A DNA stretch of 32,000 nucleotides from Vibrio alginolyticus NBRC 15630 = ATCC 17749 (GTDB lineage Bacteria > Pseudomonadota > Gammaproteobacteria > Enterobacterales > Vibrionaceae), in NCBI RefSeq assembly GCF_000354175.2, contig NC_022349.1, positions 3,120,001-3,152,000 of the forward strand. The letters are read 5' to 3'. Positions 22,828-29,196 of this stretch are shown piece after piece. The translations under genes and the position numbers were made by a program. Every line of letters starts with the position of its first letter. Positions within the stretch are counted from its first letter, which is position 1. The notes under the pieces were generated by a model, which worked only from the letters and a program-made list of their open reading frames with translations, was not told where the DNA came from and did no database searches.

Positions 22828-23409
22828 TTAGCCTAACCGTTTTTGGTGACGTTCGCGGGTTTCTAATTTCTTTTCCGCACTTTTTCTAAGTAGGACGTAA
22901 ACGGCTCCAGTTCCACCGTGAAAGCGTTGCGCACTATGGACGCATTGGACTTCCTTTATTTGTCGTAGCCAACTGCTAACAAAGCTTTTCATCATTGCAG
23001 GTGGATTTGAGCGTTCTCCTCGACCATGGACGATAACGACCGTTCTAATGTCCATTGATAGGCATTGCTTTAAAAACGTCACGACTTCATCACGTGCTTC
23101 TTTCAATGTTTTACGGTGCAAATCCAAGCGAGCTTGGATTGGATACTTACCAAGGCGAAGTTTGCGGTAAACCCCGTCCTGTACACCATCACGTTTGAAC
23201 TCAACAAAGTCCTCTGGCTTGAGCATTTCAGCGTGATCAAGTGATAGGTATTCTGGGTCATCTTCCGTTAACCAGATTGCTGCTTCGCGTTTTGCGAGTT
23301 GTGCTTCTGTTACTTGGTGTACTTTTTTGTGTTCGGTGGTGTCTTGAGTGATTGGCTTTACATCGCCCATCATCTGTTGAAATAGATCAAAATCGTCGTC
23401 GTGAGACAT
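22828..23409 (-). CDS. smrB: Smr-domain endonuclease SmrB (ribosome-collision rescue)
   Basis: The track ORF starts at 23517. I use the ATG at 23409 (MSHDDDFDLFQQMMGDVKPI...), giving 193 aa. The C-terminal Smr domain reads LDLHRKTLKEARDEV...VVIVHGRGERS...GGTGAVYVLL. Confidence 0.85.
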   Translation of the reverse strand: MSHDDDFDLFQQMMGDVKPITQDTTEHKKVHQVTEAQLAKREAAIWLTEDDPEYLSLDHAEMLKPEDFVEFKRDGVQDGVYRKLRLGKYPIQARLDLHRKTLKEARDEVVTFLKQCLSMDIRTVVIVHGRGERSNPPAMMKSFVSSWLRQIKEVQCVHSAQRFHGGTGAVYVLLRKSAEKKLETRERHQKRLG

Positions 23410-23478
23410 AGCAGTAATCTCATTAAGAACAGGGAAGAATAATAGGATTATATCAATGAGTGGTGCATTGAGATCAAA

Positions 23479-23512
23479 TAAAAAACCGGAGTAGGCAAGT
23501 AACCGACTCCGG
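23479..23512 (-). terminator. Rho-independent terminator of the DUF3149 mini-gene
   Basis: CCGGAGT (23486-23492) pairs with ACTCCGG (23506-23512). On the minus strand TTTTTT follows (complement of the A-run 23479-23485). Confidence 0.7.
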
Positions 23513-23541
23513 TGCAAAGCGTTTCTAGAGCTAAGCGAGAT

Positions 23542-23682
23542 CTAGTGAGGAGATTTGTCGTTCATGATCTTGTATATGAAGAAACCGCCGTAAAATAACA
23601 TCAGACCAATTGCCCCAAAAATTACTATCATTGACGATAGACCCACTGCATTACCAAATAGGAGATCAAGCCAAAAGTCCAT
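23542..23682 (-). CDS. Small single-pass membrane protein, DUF3149-like (46 aa)
   Basis: The start is the ATG at 23682 (MDFWLDLLFGNAVGLSSMIVIFGAIGLMLFYGGFFIYKIMNDKSPH), preceded by GGAGG with a 6-nt spacer. The gene has its own terminator. The family name is from memory. Confidence 0.7.
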   Translation of the reverse strand: MDFWLDLLFGNAVGLSSMIVIFGAIGLMLFYGGFFIYKIMNDKSPH

Positions 23683-23873
23683 ACGTTTCCTCCAAGATGT
23701 TCCCGACAGGAATAAACTAAATGGCGGTGTCTTGTTGCACACTGATCTGGATCAATTATGTTGCTAAGGTTAATAAACTGTATTTTGTTGTGAGTTATCA
23801 GTCACATTTTACGTGCTAGTGTTCAGTTATTCATCAAACGAATTAAGACCTAAGGTTTTTTTGTAAAAAGCAC

Positions 23874-23901
23874 TTGCGCCACAGTTCAGAATCCGTAATA
23901 T
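23874..23901 (+). promoter_or_regulatory. Candidate sigma-70 promoter for tRNA-Pro
   Basis: TTGCGC (23874-23879), a 16-nt spacer, then TAATAT (23896-23901). This is about 40 nt upstream of the tRNA 5' end. It is a pattern match only. Confidence 0.4.
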
Positions 23902-23941
23902 ACGCATTCGTTGACGGGGACAATTCCTCAGTTAAACATCT

Positions 23942-24018
<77 letters not shown>

Positions 24019-24025
24019 CTTTTAG

Positions 24026-24060
24026 AAAGCCTGCTCAATGAGCAGGCTTTCGTCGTTTTT
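24026..24060 (+). terminator. Rho-independent terminator of tRNA-Pro
   Basis: AAAGCCTGCTC-AAT-GAGCAGGCTTT hairpin (24026-24050) followed by CGTCGTTTTT. Confidence 0.8.
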
Positions 24061-24153
24061 AGTGCTAGTAATTTTAGACTTCAATAGTATCGAACCAAAT
24101 GGGGTTCGCCTGAAGTTAGAATATGGCTCTTCATCGACACATATTGAGAGGAA

Positions 24154-24187
24154 GGCTCTACAGAAATGTAGGGCCTTTTCATTTTTT
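24154..24187 (+). terminator. Second, orphan plus-strand intrinsic terminator (see findings)
   Basis: A 9-bp stem GGCTCTACA (24154-24162) pairs with TGTAGGGCC (24167-24175), with one G-U pair, around a GAAA tetraloop. TTTTCATTTTTT follows (24176-24187). The U-tract is present only on the plus-strand transcript. Confidence 0.65.
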
Positions 24188-24203
24188 AGAGCGAGTAAAT
24201 TTA

Positions 24204-24626
24204 TTACTTGATGTCACACGAGATAGTATTGATAGGAGTTTCAGAAGTAGTGAAACAGACATAAGCGGTCTTTGGGTGATTTGGCCCAATCTTGACGTAA
24301 CCCGCTTTTAAATCGTCTTCATCAAACGTTACTGAGTGAGATTTGCTTGTATTTCCATCATAGTAAACCGCTTCAAAGCCTTGGTTCATCATATGTGCAA
24401 CGCGATTTCGAGTGTGGGCTGTTGAAAACGTGATGTTCGCGCAACGCATCATTGGTTTTTCGGTAATAAGAAATTGACCACTCTCTTTATCTAAAACACC
24501 GCCTTTTACTTCCGGAGTTATATCAATAGCTTGAAAAGCTTCTACGTTGCATGGCGGTTTAGCATAAGACAGCGAAGAAGTGAGCATAATTCCAATCGTG
24601 TATAGGAATAAATATTTAAATTTCAT
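24204..24626 (-). CDS. Exported hypothetical protein, 140 aa, four cysteines, no family recognised
   Basis: The N-terminal signal peptide is MKFKYLFLYTIGIMLTSSLSYA|KPP. The mature part has Cys at about residues 26, 62, 124 and 137. The region looks AT-richer than the flanking core genes by eye. I cannot assign a function from sequence. Confidence 0.6.
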   Translation of the reverse strand: MKFKYLFLYTIGIMLTSSLSYAKPPCNVEAFQAIDITPEVKGGVLDKESGQFLITEKPMMRCANITFSTAHTRNRVAHMMNQGFEAVYYDGNTSKSHSVTFDEDDLKAGYVKIGPNHPKTAYVCFTTSETPINTISCDIK

Positions 24627-24693
24627 ATGAGTTGTTTTGTATCCACTTAGCTTAACGGCGTTTTATAAGAAAGTTTGAATGAATTTTAAATGG

Positions 24694-24719
24694 TTGTATT
24701 TAAATAATTGTATTTAAAT
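24694..24719. repeat. Tandem direct repeat TTGTATTTAAAT-AA-TTGTATTTAAAT (each unit contains the palindrome ATTTAAAT)
   Basis: Exact 12-nt units lie at 24694-24705 and 24708-24719. They sit in the 112-bp spacer upstream of the 140-aa gene and downstream of the TraB/GumN gene. Confidence 0.7.
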
Positions 24720-24738
24720 GGCATTTTTCAAACAATCA

Positions 24739-25611
24739 CTAGATATCACAATTTGCTTGGCGCGTCTTACCCAGTGGTTTGATGTTAAATCCCCGATTTT
24801 TAAGCAGTTCAATCAGGTTATCTTTACCTACTAAATGCAAGCCACCAACAACAACGGTGTAACGACCCGATTGCTGAGGTAGAACACTGCCAGTGTCGAG
24901 TTTTTTAGCCCAATCTCGATTACGCTCGTATAAAAAGGCTTGGTTAAACTCTTCTGTTGTATGATCGGTCAAAGAGGCTTCGACCAACATGCTACCATCA
25001 CCACTCTTCCAACTCTCTATCAAGCATTGAACCAACTCTTCTCCGCCATCATATTCTTCAATTGATGAGAGAAGTATCTCTTTACCGCCTTCTGATTGAC
25101 CTGCGATTAAATCGATTTGGAATTGCACGGACTCCAGTGGAATGACCGGGATTTGCTTTTTATCAGCGAGTCCTATTAAGTGCATGTCGACCCCTTTATC
25201 AGAGACATACCCCAGTTTGTTGACTAAAGCGAGTTGGATGGTGAATGCTGCCATCCAAGGTGGGGAATTTAGGAGTTGAGTTTCTGGCAAACCTAAATCT
25301 TGGGCAATTTCAATTAAGTGGCGACGTTGAGCTCTGTCTAAAACATCTTTAGAAAGAATGGTTGTTTGTGGGTAAACCAAGCCTTCAGAATTCCTGACGT
25401 CTGCTTCAATAATCAACCCTGCGCTTTGGCTTAAATGCTGGATGACCGTTCTAGGGAGTGGGTACATCGTTTTATCCCCCACATGTACCGAGCCAATAAT
25501 CATAAGTTCGGTTTCCCCTTTTTTCGCTAACCAATGCTGTGGCTCTGCATAAGAGGAAAAAGGAGTCAAAGTAACAAGTAGAGATGATATGAGCGTCAAG
25601 AGACGAAACAT
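24739..25611 (-). CDS. Exported TraB/GumN-family protein (Tiki/erythromycin-esterase superfamily)
   Basis: The track ORF starts at 25653. I prefer the ATG at 25611 (MFRLLTLISSLLVTLTPFSSYA|EPQ, a signal peptide), preceded by GAGGA. Two GxxH-type motifs typical of the family are present (IIGSVHVGD near the N-terminus, VVGGLHLVGKDN near the C-terminus). Confidence 0.75.
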   Translation of the reverse strand: MFRLLTLISSLLVTLTPFSSYAEPQHWLAKKGETELMIIGSVHVGDKTMYPLPRTVIQHLSQSAGLIIEADVRNSEGLVYPQTTILSKDVLDRAQRRHLIEIAQDLGLPETQLLNSPPWMAAFTIQLALVNKLGYVSDKGVDMHLIGLADKKQIPVIPLESVQFQIDLIAGQSEGGKEILLSSIEEYDGGEELVQCLIESWKSGDGSMLVEASLTDHTTEEFNQAFLYERNRDWAKKLDTGSVLPQQSGRYTVVVGGLHLVGKDNLIELLKNRGFNIKPLGKTRQANCDI

Positions 25612-25874
25612 AGAATGGTCCTCAGATAAGATACCTTTAAACTTTATACGCAAAATAGCGTGAGGTTAAGTGCAATTTCTCCAGTGGGGTATTCGACAAA
25701 ATCGTCATTTCTAAAAATATTGACGAGTTTTGACGACGAATAAATGAGAGTCACTTCACGAAAGGTAAATAGGTAATTCGCTTACTAATGGTTCACAAAA
25801 TAATTAGGCGTGATCCAAATCTTACAAAATCAGTCGTAACTCATGAATATAAGTGACCTAGATCGCAGCAAACT

Positions 25875-25902
25875 CGTCAAAACAAGTTGTTCGATTTTGA
25901 CG
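25875..25902. repeat. Perfect 8-bp inverted repeat CGTCAAAA-N12-TTTTGACG, part of a five-copy TGACG motif array (operator candidate)
   Basis: CGTCAAAA lies at 25875-25882 and TTTTGACG at 25895-25902. Related copies have their TGACG cores at 25703-25707 (-), 25721-25725 (+) and 25731-25735 (+). Confidence 0.6.
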
Positions 25903-25984
25903 TGTATTGTAACTCCATGAAAATTAGATTTTTATTGTTTTTGCTGAGTGTCATTTTTTGAGCTGGATCACTTCCTATTTCTAT

Positions 25985-26005
25985 TTATTTTACGCTTAGA
26001 AATAA
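25985..26005. promoter_or_regulatory. AT-rich palindrome TTATTT-N9-AAATAA about 100 bp upstream of chitobiase (candidate ROK-type NagC/Mlc-like operator)
   Basis: The sequence is TTATTTTACGCTTAGAAATAA, with perfect 6-bp arms and a CG-containing centre. Assigning it to a regulator is inference only. Confidence 0.3.
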
Positions 26006-26105
26006 CAGGTTGTATGTTGAATGTAACGGTTAGGTACCTCGCATTTGAGGGGCCGAGATTTTTATCATTGTCGTTTTGAACCACTGACTTTTTTGGGGAA
26101 GTAAG

Positions 26106-28757
26106 ATGTTTAAACCTAGTCTGATTGCTGTTTCTGTTATCACTACATTAGCAGGTTGCTCTGCGCTGCAAAGCTCTGAACAACAAGTTGTAAATTCGTT
26201 GGCTAATAATCTTGATATTCAATACCAAGTGTTGACTAACCACGGTGCAAACGAAGGTCTTGCTTGTCAGGACTTAGGGGCTGAGTGGGCGTCTTGTAAC
26301 AAGGTAAACATGACGCTGGTTAACCAAGGTGAAGCGGTTGACTCAAAAGATTGGGCTATTTACTTCCATAGCATTCGTCTGATTCTGGATGTTGAAAACG
26401 AACAGTTTAAAATCTCTCGCGTAACGGGTGATCTACACAAACTAGAACCAACAGATAAGTTTGATGGTTTTGCTGCGGGTGAAGAGGTTGTGCTTCCTCT
26501 TGTTGCTGAATACTGGCAGTTATTTGAAACTGACTTCATGCCAGGCGCTTTCGTTGCTGCACCAAATGCAGAGCCTAAGATGATCGCTTCTCTTAACACA
26601 GAAGACGTTGCATCTTTCGTGACTGGCCTTGAGGGTAACAACCTAAAACGTACGCCAGATGACAACAACGTATTTGCGAGCGCTGTGTCTCGTTTCGAGA
26701 AGAACGAAGATCTAGCAAAACAAGACGTATCAACCACGTTACTACCAACGCCAATGTCTGTTGAAGCAGGTAAAGGTACGGTAGATATCGCGGCGGGTAT
26801 TGCGCTGCCTAAAGACGCATTCGATGCGGCTCAATACGCAGCAATTCAAGGTCGTGCAGAAGTGGTAGGTGTGGATGTTCGTGGTGATCTTCCTGTAAGC
26901 ATCACTGTTGTTCCTGCAGACTTCACCGGTGAATTGGCAAAATCTGGTGCTTACGAAATGAGCATCAAAGGCGACGGTATTGCGATTAAAGCGTTTGACC
27001 AAGCAGGTGCTTTCTACGCAGTACAATCTATCTTTGGCCTGGTAGATAGCCAAAATGCTGATTCTCTACCACAACTGTCTATTAAAGATGCGCCGCGTTT
27101 TGATTACCGTGGTGTGATGGTGGACGTGGCTCGTAACTTCCACTCTAAAGACGCGATTCTTGCAACGCTTGACCAAATGGCCGCGTACAAGATGAACAAA
27201 CTACACCTTCACCTAACGGATGATGAAGGCTGGCGTTTAGAAATCCCGGGTCTGCCTGAGCTGACTGAAGTGGGTGCTAACCGTTGTTTCGATTTGGAAG
27301 AGAAAAGCTGTTTACTGCCTCAGCTTGGCTCAGGTGCAACGACAGACAACTTTGGTTCTGGCTTCTTCAGCAAAGCAGACTACGTGGACATCTTGAAGTA
27401 CGCGAAAGCGCGTAACATCGAAGTGATTCCTGAAATCGATATGCCAGCACACGCTCGTGCAGCAGTGGTATCAATGGAAGCACGTTACGACCGTCTAATG
27501 GAAGAAGGTAAAGAAGCAGAAGCGAACGAGTACCGCCTGATGGATCCTCAAGATACATCGAACGTAACGACGGTTCAGTTCTACAATAAGCAAAGCTTCA
27601 TCAACCCATGTATGGAATCTTCAACTCGCTTTGTTGATAAAGTGATTTCAGAAGTAGCAGCAATGCACCAAGAAGCGGGCACGCCGCTAACAACATGGCA
27701 CTTTGGTGGTGACGAAGCGAAGAACATCAAGCTAGGCGCTGGTCTGCAAGACATCAACGCAGAAGACAAAGTAAGCTGGAAGGGTAACATTGATTTGTCT
27801 AAGCAAGACAAGCCATTCGCACAGTCACCACAATGTCAGACGCTAATTGCAGACGGTACGGTAAGCGATTTTGCTCATCTACCAAGCCACTTTGCAGAAG
27901 AAGTGTCGAAGATGGTGGCAGAGAAAGGCATTCCAAACTTCCAAGCTTGGCAAGATGGCCTTAAGTACAGTGAAGGTGAGAAAGCGTTCGCAACAGAAAA
28001 CACACGTGTTAATTTCTGGGACGTTCTTTACTGGGGTGGCACATCATCAGTGTACGAATGGTCTAAGAAAGGTTACGACGTTATCGTTTCTAACCCAGAC
28101 TACGTATACATGGACATGCCGTACGAAGTTGACCCGAAAGAACGTGGTTACTACTGGGCGACGCGTGCAACAGATACTCGTAAGATGTTTGGTTTTGCAC
28201 CAGAGAACATGCCTCAGAACGCAGAAACCTCTGTAGACCGCGATGGTAACGGCTTCACTGGTAAAGGTGAAATCAAAGCGAAACCTTTCTATGGTCTATC
28301 AGCACAGCTGTGGTCTGAGACAGTACGTAACGACGAGCAATACGAGTACATGGTATTCCCTCGCGTACTGGCAGCCGCTGAACGTGCATGGCACCGTGCT
28401 GATTGGGAAAACGACTACAAAGTGGGTGTTGAATACTCGCAAAACTCTAACCTAGTAAACAAAGCTGCGCTAAACCAAGACTACAATCGCTTTGCGAACG
28501 TACTTGGCCAACGCGAACTGGCTAAGCTAGAAAAAGCGGGTATCGACTACCGCCTACCTGTACCAGGCGCGAAAGTTGAAGAGGGTAAACTGGCAATGAA
28601 CGTTCAGTTCCCGGGTGTGAAGCTTCAATACTCTCTAGACGGCAAGAACTGGCTAACTTACGTAGATAATGCTCGTCCAAATGTGAAAGGTGAAGTGTTT
28701 ATCCGTTCTGTGTCAGCAAGCGGTGAGAAAGCAAGTCGAGTGACCAGCGTGAAATAA
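26106..28757 (+). CDS. chb: Chitobiase / beta-N-acetylhexosaminidase (GH20), outer-membrane lipoprotein form
   Basis: 883-aa ORF. The signal peptide has the lipobox TTLAGC|SALQ. The GH20 catalytic region includes HLHLTDDEGWRLEI and the H-x-G-G-D-E motif (WHFGGDEAKN). The size and N-terminus match what I recall of V. harveyi Chb. Confidence 0.93.
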   Translation: MFKPSLIAVSVITTLAGCSALQSSEQQVVNSLANNLDIQYQVLTNHGANEGLACQDLGAEWASCNKVNMTLVNQGEAVDSKDWAIYFHSIRLILDVENEQFKISRVTGDLHKLEPTDKFDGFAAGEEVVLPLVAEYWQLFETDFMPGAFVAAPNAEPKMIASLNTEDVASFVTGLEGNNLKRTPDDNNVFASAVSRFEKNEDLAKQDVSTTLLPTPMSVEAGKGTVDIAAGIALPKDAFDAAQYAAIQGRAEVVGVDVRGDLPVSITVVPADFTGELAKSGAYEMSIKGDGIAIKAFDQAGAFYAVQSIFGLVDSQNADSLPQLSIKDAPRFDYRGVMVDVARNFHSKDAILATLDQMAAYKMNKLHLHLTDDEGWRLEIPGLPELTEVGANRCFDLEEKSCLLPQLGSGATTDNFGSGFFSKADYVDILKYAKARNIEVIPEIDMPAHARAAVVSMEARYDRLMEEGKEAEANEYRLMDPQDTSNVTTVQFYNKQSFINPCMESSTRFVDKVISEVAAMHQEAGTPLTTWHFGGDEAKNIKLGAGLQDINAEDKVSWKGNIDLSKQDKPFAQSPQCQTLIADGTVSDFAHLPSHFAEEVSKMVAEKGIPNFQAWQDGLKYSEGEKAFATENTRVNFWDVLYWGGTSSVYEWSKKGYDVIVSNPDYVYMDMPYEVDPKERGYYWATRATDTRKMFGFAPENMPQNAETSVDRDGNGFTGKGEIKAKPFYGLSAQLWSETVRNDEQYEYMVFPRVLAAAERAWHRADWENDYKVGVEYSQNSNLVNKAALNQDYNRFANVLGQRELAKLEKAGIDYRLPVPGAKVEEGKLAMNVQFPGVKLQYSLDGKNWLTYVDNARPNVKGEVFIRSVSASGEKASRVTSVK

Positions 28758-28785
28758 CTCGATTCTTGTAAGTTAATTTTTTGGC

Positions 28786-28822
28786 AAAGCCTCAACATCA
28801 TGTTGGGGCTTTCTTTATTTTT
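28786..28822 (+). terminator. Rho-independent terminator of chb
   Basis: AAAGCCTCAACA pairs with TGTTGGGGCTTT in a stem of about 11-12 bp with one G-U pair. CTTTATTTTTT follows. Confidence 0.8.
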
Positions 28823-29196
28823 TGAGGAAATTAAGCGTGATCGATGTCTAATTATTTTTCATTGATAAATAAGTTTTTGGTTGTAATGGTCAAGGTTATT
28901 GTGAACTTGATCGACTTAATCTGCTAAATATCAATAAATTATCTGTTTACGATCACACTTCTATTTTTTGAATAATTTTATAAAAATACGATAAGTGCCT
29001 GTATTTTCCATGTTTTTATCAGGGTTGTTGAGCTTCGGTTTGAACAAGATCACTTTTTAAAATGTTTTATTTTCCATCGCGAATTAATTAAAACAATATT
29101 GCGAACGCCAAGGAGGCACATTCCAAAGTTTGCGATAAAAGGGAAGAGATGCCCTCTAAAACTATCGCATAACGTGAATAAATAAAGGCAGTAATT

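Noticed and set aside
24123-24311. 62-aa plus-strand ORF (MALHRHILRGRLYRNVGPF...)
   Set aside because: It has no convincing SD. It reads straight through a strong terminator hairpin and overlaps the 3' end of the better-supported minus-strand 140-aa gene. It is most likely a shadow ORF.
24019-25653. Classical tRNA-linked genomic island at tRNA-Pro
   Set aside because: I could find no integrase, recombinase or mobility gene. I also found no direct repeat of the tRNA-Pro 3' end downstream; only an 8-nt GGGGTTCG match at about 24106. The segment is only about 1.6 kb. At most it is an old, degraded islet, so it is kept as a modest finding rather than called a mobile element.
25852-25867. CRP-like site AGTGA-CCTAGA-TCGCA next to the TGACG inverted repeat
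   Set aside because: It matches only 4/5 plus 4/5 of the TGTGA-N6-TCACA core and has poor flanks. That is too weak to call without a PWM score or conservation data.
25917-25961. 14-codon hydrophobic mini-ORF MKIRFLLFLLSVIF in the chb upstream region (possible leader peptide, type I toxin or signal-peptide remnant)
   Set aside because: It has no SD-like sequence upstream. It is too short for known type I toxins, and a T-rich tract naturally encodes F/L/I. I could not find any continuation in another frame that would indicate a decayed gene.
28839-29051. Four GATC sites (28839, 28909, 28951, 29048), three in a GTGATC context, upstream of the porin gene. This raised the idea of Dam-dependent phase variation as at pap or agn43.
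   Set aside because: Four sites in about 210 bp against roughly one expected is only mild enrichment, given how many intergenic regions I inspected. The spacings (70, 42 and 97 bp) show no regularity, and no Lrp- or OxyR-like site context is recognisable.
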